Origin: an uncultured Clostridia bacterium
GTDB taxonomy: Bacteria > Bacillota > Clostridia > Christensenellales > UBA1242
Assembly: GCA_944383335.1 (NCBI GenBank)
Contig: CALWPD010000004.1
Coordinates: 1 to 54,355 of the forward strand
Length of the DNA stretch: 54,355 nucleotides
Direction: 5' to 3'
Numbering within the stretch: the stretch's first letter is position 1; every line of letters begins with the position of its first letter. The position numbers and the translations under genes are program-made. Shown here one piece after another: positions 1 through 9,960 of this stretch. The notes beneath the pieces are model-generated. The model saw only the letters and a program-made list of their open reading frames with translations. It had not been told where the DNA came from and did not search any database.

Positions 1-1185
1 TTAGGCTTATCTCTAGATGATGTAACAGTTGGAATGAAAGATTCTCCATTCAGTTACACAATAACCATCTCTCGTGGGGAACTTCCAGTAGACCTTACGG
101 GTATGACTTTCTCATTTGACGAACAAAACAAAACAGCCACCCTTACATCCTACACAGGCACTGCTTCAGAAGTAAGAATTCCATCAACTGTAGACCATAT
201 AGATTCCACAGTAATTAATGGAGATGAATACCGGGTTGTTGCTATAGGAGATGAGGCATTTGTATTTAATACAACCTTAACTAGTGTCAAAATACCTAGC
301 ACTGTAACGGATATAAAGTATGGGGCATTTGCTGCTTGTTATTATTTATCTTCTGTAGACTTTGGCACAAATTCACAACTAAAGACTATTGGAGAAGGTG
401 CGTTTAATACGTGTTTTCGATTAACAACAATTAATATACCAGCAGGTGTAACAAGTATAGGAAGGATTGCTTTTAGAGGTTGCGAAGGTTTGGGAGTAGT
501 TAGCTTTGGAGATAATTCACAATTAAAAACTATAGGAGAAGAAGCCTTTTATGAATGTGCAAGTTTGGCCACCTTCACCATACCTGATGGAGTAACAAGT
601 ATAGGAGATTCTACCTTTTATAGTTGCTCCAGTTTAACCACCATCACCATACCAGACAGTGTAACAAGTATAGGATCATCTGCCTTTGTTTGCTCCAATT
701 TAACCAGCATAACAGTTGATATAAACAATCAAAATTATAGTAGTGATGAATATGGTGTATTGTTCAATAAGAACAAAACAACACTTATTCGATATCCTGT
801 CGGCAACACACGTACATCATATTCCATACCAGACAGTGTAACAAGTATAGGAGCTTATGCCTTTACTGGTTGCGACAGTTTAACCACCATCACCATACCA
901 GAAAGCGTAACAACCATAGAAAATTCTGCCTTTAACATAGCTTCATCCTGTTCCTTTCAAACAGTTTACGTCAATGGACAGGACGTTGTAGATACACTTG
1001 TAAACTCGTACGGCAATGCTGACGCGGGACAAGCAGGTGGATTATTATATGGTTTTCGACCAGGTGGGAAGGTATACATAAAAAATGGACTCATTGTTCC
1101 ATATAATTTTGATAAATACTTTGAAAAACAACTTGAGCAAGAAACTGTCAATGGCGTTGTTTATGATGTCTATGTAAGAAAATAA
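1..1185 (+). CDS. BspA-type (LRR_5/TpLRR) leucine-rich repeat surface protein, 5'-truncated by the window edge
   Basis: Repeated 'L..I.IP.SVTSIG..AF..C' units and the 'YSSDEYGVLFNKNKTTLIRYP' insert typical of BspA proteins. Frame 1 is open from base 1 (LGLSLDDVTVGM...), so ATG 34 is probably internal. Confidence 0.9.
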   Translation, partial: LGLSLDDVTVGMKDSPFSYTITISRGELPVDLTGMTFSFDEQNKTATLTSYTGTASEVRIPSTVDHIDSTVINGDEYRVVAIGDEAFVFNTTLTSVKIPSTVTDIKYGAFAACYYLSSVDFGTNSQLKTIGEGAFNTCFRLTTINIPAGVTSIGRIAFRGCEGLGVVSFGDNSQLKTIGEEAFYECASLATFTIPDGVTSIGDSTFYSCSSLTTITIPDSVTSIGSSAFVCSNLTSITVDINNQNYSSDEYGVLFNKNKTTLIRYPVGNTRTSYSIPDSVTSIGAYAFTGCDSLTTITIPESVTTIENSAFNIASSCSFQTVYVNGQDVVDTLVNSYGNADAGQAGGLLYGFRPGGKVYIKNGLIVPYNFDKYFEKQLEQETVNGVVYDVYVRK

Positions 1186-1328
1186 AATTAATATAATATA
1201 TCAATAAGTGTTATAATTCATAAACATAAATTGGTCTTGAAAGGTTTTTAAAAAATAAAATAGTTATTGATGATTAGAAAAAGTAACAAACTTTTATAAA
1301 AACATTCATTTTATTACATATTTTTTGC

Positions 1329-1357
1329 GCATATTAAAAAATTTTTTACTCACAATA
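1329..1357 (+). promoter_or_regulatory. Candidate sigmaG/sigmaF-type promoter for the YjzC-family ORF
   Basis: GCATA-17 nt-CACAATA, followed by GGAGG and ATG. Confidence 0.5.
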
Positions 1358-1373
1358 ATGTCGGAGGTAAAAA

Positions 1374-1535
1374 ATGGACGTAAAAACATGGAGACCTGGT
1401 GAAGAAGCACCAGAAAGCGGAAATTATGCTTGTTATGATGACAATGGCAGATGTGGTGGAAGTGTTTATCTTGAGAAAGGTCAAAGATTTCCAGCAACAC
1501 AGCATAGTGGAAGTTACTATAAATCAGAAAATTAA
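1374..1535 (+). CDS. yjzC: YjzC-family small protein (53 aa), absent from the ORF track
   Basis: GGAGGT SD then MDVKTWRPGEEAPESGNYACYDDNGRCGGSVYLEKGQRFPATQHSGSYYKSEN*. The PGE.AP.SG.Y...G...V...KG.RFP.T pattern is characteristic of YjzC. A terminator follows. Confidence 0.85.
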   Translation: MDVKTWRPGEEAPESGNYACYDDNGRCGGSVYLEKGQRFPATQHSGSYYKSEN

Positions 1536-1542
1536 ATTTTGT

Positions 1543-1578
1543 AAAAATACCTATAAATTGTAGGTATTTTTATTTTTT
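1543..1578 (+). terminator. Intrinsic terminator
   Basis: AAAAATACCTATA-AAT-TGTAGGTATTTTT hairpin followed by a T-run. Confidence 0.75.
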
Positions 1579-1626
1579 CCTTGTCATTAAAACTTGTTTA
1601 TGGCATACTCTTTTTAGAGGTGTAAT

Positions 1627-2271
1627 TTGGCAAAGTTTAATGAAAAAAATTTTCATCAAGAAAAGACAACAATATATTCTATTGACTCTTTACTTGGCAA
1701 AGATGAACAGGTGCTATTAAAAACAAAACCAAATAAAAAAGCATTTATTGTTTCTAAAATCCTATTTATGCTTCCTTTTGCAATGCTATGGATATTTTTT
1801 GATGGTTTTATGATATATATGATGGTTGTTAACGATGTGTTTAGCCATATTCCAGTTTTTATAAACATTTTTCTGGTAGTTTTCTTTCTAGTTCATTTGA
1901 CGCCATTTTGGATATGGCTAGCTAATACCTTAACTGCTTGGGCACAATATAGAAATATTGAATATGTTCTCACAAACAAGCGCATTATTATAAAAAGCGG
2001 TATGATTGTGGATATAAAAAACATTTATTATGTTGATGTTGAGTCGATAAATGTAAAAGTTGGAATTGTCGACAATATGTTTAAAGTTGGAGATATTTAC
2101 ATAAAGTGTAAACAAAGTACAGCTTTCATTATGGATGTTACACAGCCCTATGTTTTATCAAACAAAATTCAAGAAGTGGTAAATGATATAAAAACTGACA
2201 CATTGTATCCAAATGCTTTGAGACCAAAAAATAACGAAGGTTTTAATACCCAATATGTACGCAAAAAGTAA
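1627..2271 (+). CDS. Membrane protein with a bacterial PH (bPH_2-like) domain
   Basis: Two TM segments, then 'EYVLTNKRIIIKSG...IYY..V.SINV..G.VD..FKVGDIYI'. GAGGTG SD before TTG. A sigmaE-like TCATTA...CATACTCT lies upstream. Confidence 0.8.
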   Translation: MAKFNEKNFHQEKTTIYSIDSLLGKDEQVLLKTKPNKKAFIVSKILFMLPFAMLWIFFDGFMIYMMVVNDVFSHIPVFINIFLVVFFLVHLTPFWIWLANTLTAWAQYRNIEYVLTNKRIIIKSGMIVDIKNIYYVDVESINVKVGIVDNMFKVGDIYIKCKQSTAFIMDVTQPYVLSNKIQEVVNDIKTDTLYPNALRPKNNEGFNTQYVRKK

Positions 2272-2475
2272 TGAGTAATGATAGTTTTCTTTCAAAATAA
2301 GAATACATAATATTTAAGCATATTGATTATTTTTACACTTTTGCCAGTGTGAAAATTGAGCAGTTTTACCCTAAAATTGTGCTAATTCGACAAAACTAGT
2401 CAACATATTTTTAAGGGTTATTCAAACAATAAAAGTGAACAAAAGGGGACAATGGCAAATTTTTTTGTTATTTCG

Positions 2476-2504
2476 TTGACAAAAAAAATGTTATAGTATA
2501 CACT
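2476..2504 (+). promoter_or_regulatory. sigmaA promoter of the large surface protein gene
   Basis: TTGACA-17-TACACT. A single 0A-box match TTCGACA lies at 2386-2392. Confidence 0.7.
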
Positions 2505-2538
2505 CTATTTGTTTAATTTAAACTAGGAGTTTTAGTAT

Positions 2539-5500
2539 ATGAAAAAATCTATAAAAAAGGCCTGTTCAGTTGCATTGCTTTTAACTTCAACGGTGGCCCT
2601 TACTGGTGCAAATGCGCTTGTTGTTGACAGCATTACAAACAACACAAAATCTCAAGTATATGCAGAACCACAAACAGAGAGCGCGCTTACTATGCTTGAG
2701 TTATCCTCATATAAAGATACCGTATCTCTTGGTGAAGAGTACCCTATTCCAACGCCAACATTTAAAGTAAATGGTGTTAACCAGACGGAGTCCGCAACAA
2801 TAGAAAAAATTGTTACCGATTCAGTTGGAAGGCAAGTAGATATTGAGGGCGACTCTTTTGTGGTCAGCGGAATAGGCGAATACAAAATAACTTATAATGT
2901 CAAATATAACGATAAAACATATTCGACAAGTATCTCAATTTATTCAACCGTAAGCGAGAATTCTCTTGAAATTATTGAGAATACAAATCGTACTTTGCCG
3001 GGTGATGTTTATCAAAGTTTCACGGGGAATATTTATATCCCAAATGCAAAGGTTGTGTTTGCTGACGAAGATTTAGCTCAAGATTACAACATTGATATAA
3101 AGGTAACATCTCCAAGCCAAAAAGTTGTAAACTTTGATGCAGAAACAGGAGTTTTAGATACTAGCACCATAAAAGATGGCGATTTACTTGAAGCAGGTAC
3201 CTATAGCGTAACTTATACAGCCAAAACAACAGAAGGTGTATATCTTGACAGTGTAACCGAAGAGTTTACAATATTACCTGATGATGCTTTCAAAAGTAAG
3301 TATGGTAGTTTGGATTATAAACTTTCATTTGACTATTCGTCAACAGCGCCAACAACTGCAGATATAGGAGATGAGCTTGTTTTGCCACAAGTAACAGGTA
3401 GAATCGGTTCAGAAGAAACGCCTGTTTACTATACAATTCAAGCACTTGTATACATTAACGGAAAGACAGAGAATGTTACTAGTCAAACTATTTCAACCAA
3501 CGAAGATGGTAGATATGTCTTTACTGCTCAAAAGAAGTACACAATAGGTGGACAAGAGTACAACGTTACAAATGGAAGATATCAGTTCTATTATAATGTT
3601 ACAGATGCACTTGGTAAAAAGGCAGAAGAGACTGGTTTTACTATTGACGGCGTTAAAGATACACAAAAGCCAACAATAACAATAACAGATCCATATACAG
3701 TTGGAGAAACAGACGAAGTTAAAGATATGAGTTATAAACTTCAAAACAACTTTGAGCTCGGGCAGAACGTAGTTTTGAAGGCAGTTTATGCGGAAGATCT
3801 TGCTGACGATTTTTCGGACCTTACAATAGAAAGATATATCCGTAAGTCTGACCAATCTTCAAAAGAAGAAGATATTTATAACGATTCAGAGAGAACTGAG
3901 GAGAATGTATTCTCAAAAGATATTGTCTTTAATAAAACGGAAGTTTTTGACTTCGATGCTGATACAATGATAGATGCTGGAAAGCTTGAAAATGGAACAT
4001 ATACAGCATATTATCGTGTAACAGATAGTGCAAATAATACACAAACTATAAGTTATACTTTTGTTGTTGATAATACATTCAACTTTGAAAGTAAAACAAC
4101 AATAGAATTCCAAGATACTTTCCCAGTTTCAATAAATAGGGGTGATAAAGTTACATTCACACAACCTCTTGCATCAAATGATGATGATGAAAGGCTAGAA
4201 ACAAGAATATATTATAAATTTGACAATTCAGAAGCTGATGGCTGGGATGCTTGGACACTTCTTGAACCAAACGAAGATGGCAAGTATGTCGTACCAACAG
4301 ATGTTGAAGGTGCAAAGACATTGACAATTCGTGCAATGGCCATTTCAGATGCACTTACAACGAAACTTGAAACAGCAGTTGACTCTAGTGCAGATATAAC
4401 TAAATATACAGGTCTTAAATATGGTTTCCGAGAAGTTGAAATTACAATAAGAGATAACGAAGATAGTCAGGCTCCATATGATGTAACAGTTGAGCGGTGG
4501 ACAGAAGAAAGCTATTCTCAAAACAGTGATATTACAATTCCAACACTCACTGTTTCTGATGATCTAGTTGATTATGTAGATATTGATCTAAAAATTAATC
4601 ATATAAACGAAGATGGCACTATTGGGCAAGAATTCTATGCAGAAAATGCAGTGCTTATGACAACAGGGAGTACAAAAACATTCAGCGGTGCAACATTCTA
4701 TGCTAATCTTGCAGGAACTTATAATATCGTATATGAGATCACCGATGCAGCGAACAACAAGATTTGTGTTTATCAAAGTGTAGAAGTTGCAAAAAACGAC
4801 ATACAGACGGAACCACATTTTGGTAATCTTCCTGAAAGTTTAAATGGTGGAAAATTAGAGTTCGGCGAAACGCTCACACTTCCAATCCCAGAGCTTCCAG
4901 TTGGAGACTATGGTTATAATGTAAATGTTCGTGGTCCAGTTGGTAGTCAAATCAATAAAGAAACATTTACTCCAAAGAGAGAAGGCACTTACACAATCGT
5001 TTACACGCTTTACCATAATGAAAAATCAACTGAAACGCTTGATACAAAAGAATTCACGGTCGAGGTTAGCGATACAAAAGGCCCAGAAGTACGCGTTGAG
5101 TGGAATCTTGAACCATCCTATTCTGTGAGAGAACCCGTTTTGATTCCAGTATTTACCGCAAGCGATGTTTCAGGAATAAACTTGGAAGATTCAACAATAG
5201 TCATTTCATCCAAACTCAATTCATTTAGAAGAACTATATATGGTAACGAAATTGCAACTGAATTTGAGAAAGGTGAAGATGGTAGACTTTATGTCCCACT
5301 AAACTATAATGAAATTTACACTGTAACATACACAGTTTATGATAACTCAACTGCAAGAAATTCAACAGTTGTAACAAGAACAATTCGTGTTGGCGATCTT
5401 GTGGAACCAACAATCGTACTTCCAGACAATTTTGTTCCAACAAATGTCAAACTTGACACAACACTTGAATTTGATACAAAAGGTATTTCGGTTACAGATA

Positions 5501-5859
5501 CAAATGGCGAGGGTCAAACAGTAACTATTGATTCAGCCGACGTTGTTATAACAATCGAAGGACCAAATGGAGAACTAGAAAATCTTAATAAAGACGAGGA
5601 TGGAGTTATCAATGACGGTAGATTTAAATTCGATATTACTTCAGCAGGTGATTACACCGTTATCATAAGTGTGGAAGACGAAGCTGGCAATGAAGCAATA
5701 ATTCGAAGACCATTCACAGTCAATGAATCGACAGTTACTCCACTTTCTGATAATGAAATTATAACAATAGTTTTAATTTGTGTTGCAGTACTTGTGCTTG
5801 CTGGTGCAGTTGTATATGCAATCATCTCAAGTAAGAATACAAAAGCATATAAACAATAA
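2539..5859 (+). CDS. Large secreted, C-terminally membrane-anchored protein with tandem Ig-like domains
   Basis: N-terminal signal peptide. Recurrent 'D...P.I' and 'G.Y.I.Y...D.A.N' motifs in an acidic, beta-rich sequence. C-terminal TM helix with a basic tail. Confidence 0.8.
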   Translation: MKKSIKKACSVALLLTSTVALTGANALVVDSITNNTKSQVYAEPQTESALTMLELSSYKDTVSLGEEYPIPTPTFKVNGVNQTESATIEKIVTDSVGRQVDIEGDSFVVSGIGEYKITYNVKYNDKTYSTSISIYSTVSENSLEIIENTNRTLPGDVYQSFTGNIYIPNAKVVFADEDLAQDYNIDIKVTSPSQKVVNFDAETGVLDTSTIKDGDLLEAGTYSVTYTAKTTEGVYLDSVTEEFTILPDDAFKSKYGSLDYKLSFDYSSTAPTTADIGDELVLPQVTGRIGSEETPVYYTIQALVYINGKTENVTSQTISTNEDGRYVFTAQKKYTIGGQEYNVTNGRYQFYYNVTDALGKKAEETGFTIDGVKDTQKPTITITDPYTVGETDEVKDMSYKLQNNFELGQNVVLKAVYAEDLADDFSDLTIERYIRKSDQSSKEEDIYNDSERTEENVFSKDIVFNKTEVFDFDADTMIDAGKLENGTYTAYYRVTDSANNTQTISYTFVVDNTFNFESKTTIEFQDTFPVSINRGDKVTFTQPLASNDDDERLETRIYYKFDNSEADGWDAWTLLEPNEDGKYVVPTDVEGAKTLTIRAMAISDALTTKLETAVDSSADITKYTGLKYGFREVEITIRDNEDSQAPYDVTVERWTEESYSQNSDITIPTLTVSDDLVDYVDIDLKINHINEDGTIGQEFYAENAVLMTTGSTKTFSGATFYANLAGTYNIVYEITDAANNKICVYQSVEVAKNDIQTEPHFGNLPESLNGGKLEFGETLTLPIPELPVGDYGYNVNVRGPVGSQINKETFTPKREGTYTIVYTLYHNEKSTETLDTKEFTVEVSDTKGPEVRVEWNLEPSYSVREPVLIPVFTASDVSGINLEDSTIVISSKLNSFRRTIYGNEIATEFEKGEDGRLYVPLNYNEIYTVTYTVYDNSTARNSTVVTRTIRVGDLVEPTIVLPDNFVPTNVKLDTTLEFDTKGISVTDTNGEGQTVTIDSADVVITIEGPNGELENLNKDEDGVINDGRFKFDITSAGDYTVIISVEDEAGNEAIIRRPFTVNESTVTPLSDNEIITIVLICVAVLVLAGAVVYAIISSKNTKAYKQ

Positions 5860-5863
5860 GCTT

Positions 5864-5902
5864 AAAAAACATACGGTTTAAATAATATAGCCGTATGTTT
5901 TT
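5864..5902 (+). terminator. Intrinsic terminator
   Basis: AAAAAACATACGG...CCGTATGTTTTT hairpin. Confidence 0.75.
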
Positions 5903-5939
5903 ATTTACATTAATCATAATTTGTGATATATATTTTAAT

Positions 5940-7385
5940 ATGAAAAAACTCTCCGATATTTACACAACACTTACTCAATCAGAAAAAGATTTTCCATTGT
6001 TTTTGGATTTATTAAATCAACCAACACCAACCGAAGATGATCTTTTTGCTATCATGGATATAGCTAAATTTGTAAAAGACAACTATATGTATCATGGTGG
6101 ACAACTTGAAGTTAAACTTTTGAATTTGGACAAGGAAATTTTTGCGTATATTGAGTCAAAGGTTAACATAAAAAACAGTAAGAGAGATTGGGATGGCATG
6201 CTATTTTACCTTGACAAGCTTGCCTACTATTTTCCTATTTCAAAAGATGTTTTAATTTTTGATGGGGTGGAAGATTTTACTCTATATAGTATGATTTTTC
6301 CTCAAAAACATATAAGGCTTTCATTTGGTATAGAACATTGGTATTTTCTAAAACGTGGCGTTGCATACAGACATAAAGAAGATTATAAAAATGCAATACA
6401 AAATTTTAATAATGCCATAAAATGTGCACCAATGTCTATGATCCCATATGAAGAACTTATTGGCACATATTTTGATAAAGATGATATAAATAGTGCAAAA
6501 ATAGTTTTAGATAAATATTATAAATTTGCAAGAACATCCTATCATTTGGGAGTTTTCTATTATTATACAGCATTATATTATTATAAAAAAAATAACTATT
6601 TTGTAGCATACATATGTATTTGGTATGCACTTAGGTTTGATTTGACTTTGGCAATGCGCAATTCTCTTGCAGAAAAATTGAGCGAAATAATGTCCAATGA
6701 GAGCTTGATTGTAGGTGCATTTGGAACAATAGAATATAAATCTTTAAATGCCAATAAAATCCCTGTTTGGTACTCTTTGGAAATACTAAATGCATCCATA
6801 GAAATGTACAAAGCGTGCATACTTTCGCCACTTGAAGAATTTAAGTCTCTTAAAAAAAGTTTGAGAAAAAAGCTTATACAATATAAACTGTCTGCATATG
6901 TTGAAAAAATAGAAACCAATGCTAACTCCAACAAATATATGTTTTTGTTTGACTTGCCAAGTTTATCACTTAAAGTGGATAAAAATTGGCAAATCATATA
7001 TGAAAATAATGAAACTGTAGATGGAGTAATGTTAGAACTTGAAAATGGACAGGATACTATGACTGTAATTATGCGTAAAAGCACAAGTCAGTTGGACATA
7101 CTTTATAATGAAGAGATGGAAAAAACAAAAAAATCTGGATGCAAAATAAAAAGTGAGCAACAAATAACAACTATAAACAAAACCAATCTTCGAATTGTCG
7201 ATCTTTACTTTGATTCTTCATTAAATATGAAGTTTATGTACTTAAAAATAGGTGAAATGTTCATAATTATATCTTTGGTTTCAAAGGATAATACCGGTGG
7301 AGAGAGAACTCTTCTGGAAGTGGCAAATTCAATAAAACAATACAATAATATCGAAAAAATAACTAAAATGGGGAAATTTTTGTAA
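5940..7385 (+). CDS. TPR-containing protein
   Basis: 'YFLKRGVAYRHKEDYKNAIQNFNNAIKCAP' is a TPR motif. The start was moved to ATG 5940 because 5895 lies inside the upstream terminator. Confidence 0.7.
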   Translation: MKKLSDIYTTLTQSEKDFPLFLDLLNQPTPTEDDLFAIMDIAKFVKDNYMYHGGQLEVKLLNLDKEIFAYIESKVNIKNSKRDWDGMLFYLDKLAYYFPISKDVLIFDGVEDFTLYSMIFPQKHIRLSFGIEHWYFLKRGVAYRHKEDYKNAIQNFNNAIKCAPMSMIPYEELIGTYFDKDDINSAKIVLDKYYKFARTSYHLGVFYYYTALYYYKKNNYFVAYICIWYALRFDLTLAMRNSLAEKLSEIMSNESLIVGAFGTIEYKSLNANKIPVWYSLEILNASIEMYKACILSPLEEFKSLKKSLRKKLIQYKLSAYVEKIETNANSNKYMFLFDLPSLSLKVDKNWQIIYENNETVDGVMLELENGQDTMTVIMRKSTSQLDILYNEEMEKTKKSGCKIKSEQQITTINKTNLRIVDLYFDSSLNMKFMYLKIGEMFIIISLVSKDNTGGERTLLEVANSIKQYNNIEKITKMGKFL

Positions 7386-7455
7386 GTAAAAAAATAGCCA
7401 TAAAATTGCTTGAAAATGGCTTGAAATAACTTCAAGATATGTTACAATAATCAAT

Positions 7456-7941
7456 ATGGAAAATATTGTTATTTTGGGATTGGATTACGAATATAATATA
7501 AAAGTAGGCAAGACACTTTCTGATGATTTAGGTATGTTTTTTTTAGATTTTAAGGAGTATGTTGAATATAATTTGTTTTCTAGAAAAGATATGCTTGAAA
7601 AATGCGGAAAAGGCTATCTTGCACTGCAAGAGAGGAAATGCGTGGCAAGTGCTTCTGAATTTGAAAACACCGTAATTTGTATGCCTTATAGTTATTTTTG
7701 TAATGAAGATGCCCATAAATTATTTACATCGGCTTATAAAGTTTATTTGTATTTTTCAAAAAATAAACTAAAAAAACTTCCTGTTATAGAAGATACAATC
7801 ACAGTCGATTTGATTACCTTTTCTGATAGAGATGAAGATATAACGAAAGTATGCAACTTAAAAATATGCGTTGGAAATAAAAAAATAGCCACGATTTGTC
7901 GTGATATTTCAAAAAATGTAGAGGTTAAAAATGAACATTAA
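7456..7941 (+). CDS. Shikimate-kinase-like protein with a degenerate P-loop
   Basis: 'NIVILG.......VGKTLS..LG..FLD' and 'E.CG..Y....E.K' follow the AroK pattern, but GxGKS/T is replaced by DYEYNIK. Confidence 0.65.
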   Translation: MENIVILGLDYEYNIKVGKTLSDDLGMFFLDFKEYVEYNLFSRKDMLEKCGKGYLALQERKCVASASEFENTVICMPYSYFCNEDAHKLFTSAYKVYLYFSKNKLKKLPVIEDTITVDLITFSDRDEDITKVCNLKICVGNKKIATICRDISKNVEVKNEH

Positions 7942-9889
7942 TAACAAATGCATCAACCATCTTCGCTGTTTATCCGCTGAGATGATAACAAATGCAAATA
8001 GTGGACACCCAGGTGTTGCCTTGGGTTCTGCAACTATTTTTTATGCACTTTTTAAAGATCATTATTTTTATGATATAAAAGATCATAATTTTATAGCAAG
8101 AGACCGGTTTGTTGCATCTGCAGGACATGTAAGTGCACTTTATTACGCCACGGCCTATATGTTTAATTTTGGCCTAGGTGAAAATGATTTAAGAAGTTTT
8201 AGACAATTAAATTCTGCCACACCAGGTCATCCAGAGTACAAAGTTACAAATTTTGTGGAAACATCCACAGGGCCACTAGGGCAGGGGGTTGCAAATGCTG
8301 TTGGTATGGCGATTGCCGAAACCATGCTCGCTCAGCGTTTTAATGCACAAAAATATCCAGTATTTGATAATTTCGTATATTGTTTTGCGGGAGATGGATG
8401 CCTTATGGAAGGAGTGGCTCAAGAGGCTTTGAGTCTTGCAGGCACTCTAAAACTTAATAAGTTTATTCTTTTATATGATTATAACAATATGACTATTGAC
8501 GGAAAAGCAGAGGAAACAAATGCAGAAGATATTCGTAAAAAATTTAAAAGTATGCACTTTAATGTTATTTATGTAAGAAATGGTAATAATTATAATTCTG
8601 TTACAAGGGCAATCGCAAAAGCAAAAAAATGCCAAGACAAGCCAACAGTAATAATTTTTAAAACTATTATTGGATATGGTGCTGACACAGCGGGACAAAA
8701 TGCGATTCATGGCAAACCACTTTCTACACAAGAACTGTCTGCGCTCAAGCAACGACTTGGAGTAAAAGAAAGTTTTAGTTTACCAAGTGATATAAAAGAA
8801 TATGTATTAAAAACATCACAGAAAAACAGTACGTTAATTGAAAAATGGAATAATATGTTTGCAGTTTATAAGACAGCAAACCCTGAACTTTATAAACAAC
8901 TTGTTGCATTTTTATCTAATAAAGAGATAGACATTCAAAAACTCATTAGAGAAGATTTAATCACTCAGGATTTGAGTGGTCGTGATGCAAACAGTATAAT
9001 ATTAAGCGATATTTCTCAAAAAATGCCTAGATTTGTTGGTGGAACAGCAGATGTTGCAGCCAGCACAAAGGTATATTTAAAAAATGGTGGCGATTATTCC
9101 TCCCACAATAGAAAAGGCAAAAACATTCACTACGGCATTCGAGAACACGCAATGGGTGCAATCTCTAATGGACTTTCACTTGTTTTAAAGTCGCCAGTGT
9201 TTTGTTCTACTTTTTTGGCATTTTCCAACTATATGTTGCCACCAATCAGAATGAGTGCCCTTATGAACTTGCCCGTGTGGTATATTTTCTCACATGATAG
9301 TTACAAAATAGGTGAGGATGGACCAAGTCATCAGAGCGTTGAACAACTTGGTACACTTAGGTTAATTCCAAATTTAAATGTTTATCGTCCTGCATTCACA
9401 AAAGAAATTTATGCTTGCTATGATCTTGCATTGAATTCATCTGGTCCAAGTGCATTTGCCCTTGCAAGGCAGACGCTAAAATCTCAGGATGCCGACTATG
9501 ACTTTATCAAAAAAGGTGGATATGTCCTTAGCGGAGATACTGGCGATATTGAAATATTAGCAACTGGAAGCGAAGTGGAACTTGCTGTAAAAGTAAAAGA
9601 TATGTTGGGAAGCCAAGATATTAAATGTGTTGTCGCAAGTTTTCCGTGCCTAGAGCAGTTTGATAGGCAACCGAAAGCTTACAAAGATAATGTTTTATCT
9701 AGGGGTAAACTTTTAGTGAGTTTGGAGGCTTCTGATGACAATATTTGGTATAAATATATAGGTAAAGATGGTCTAAGAATAGGGGTTGACAATTTTGGGA
9801 AAAGTGCCAAACCAGCTGATCTTGATGAATATTTTGGTATGACTGCGTCAAAAATAGCAAAAAAATTAAAAAATTATTTAAATAAATGA
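7931..9889 (+). CDS. tkt: Transketolase
   Basis: ANSGHPG, STGPLGQG, GDGCLMEG, GIREHAM and GEDGPSHQ motifs. Confidence 0.97.
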   Translation: MNINNKCINHLRCLSAEMITNANSGHPGVALGSATIFYALFKDHYFYDIKDHNFIARDRFVASAGHVSALYYATAYMFNFGLGENDLRSFRQLNSATPGHPEYKVTNFVETSTGPLGQGVANAVGMAIAETMLAQRFNAQKYPVFDNFVYCFAGDGCLMEGVAQEALSLAGTLKLNKFILLYDYNNMTIDGKAEETNAEDIRKKFKSMHFNVIYVRNGNNYNSVTRAIAKAKKCQDKPTVIIFKTIIGYGADTAGQNAIHGKPLSTQELSALKQRLGVKESFSLPSDIKEYVLKTSQKNSTLIEKWNNMFAVYKTANPELYKQLVAFLSNKEIDIQKLIREDLITQDLSGRDANSIILSDISQKMPRFVGGTADVAASTKVYLKNGGDYSSHNRKGKNIHYGIREHAMGAISNGLSLVLKSPVFCSTFLAFSNYMLPPIRMSALMNLPVWYIFSHDSYKIGEDGPSHQSVEQLGTLRLIPNLNVYRPAFTKEIYACYDLALNSSGPSAFALARQTLKSQDADYDFIKKGGYVLSGDTGDIEILATGSEVELAVKVKDMLGSQDIKCVVASFPCLEQFDRQPKAYKDNVLSRGKLLVSLEASDDNIWYKYIGKDGLRIGVDNFGKSAKPADLDEYFGMTASKIAKKLKNYLNK

Positions 9890-9960
9890 ATATAAATACA
9901 ACTATTGTATAAATTATATATGTAGGCAAATAATCCTACATCAGTAGGTATAGCCTACCG

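Noticed and set aside
1306-1500. 64-aa minus-strand ORF
   Set aside because: It is the shadow of the plus-strand yjzC gene, which has an SD, family motif and terminator.
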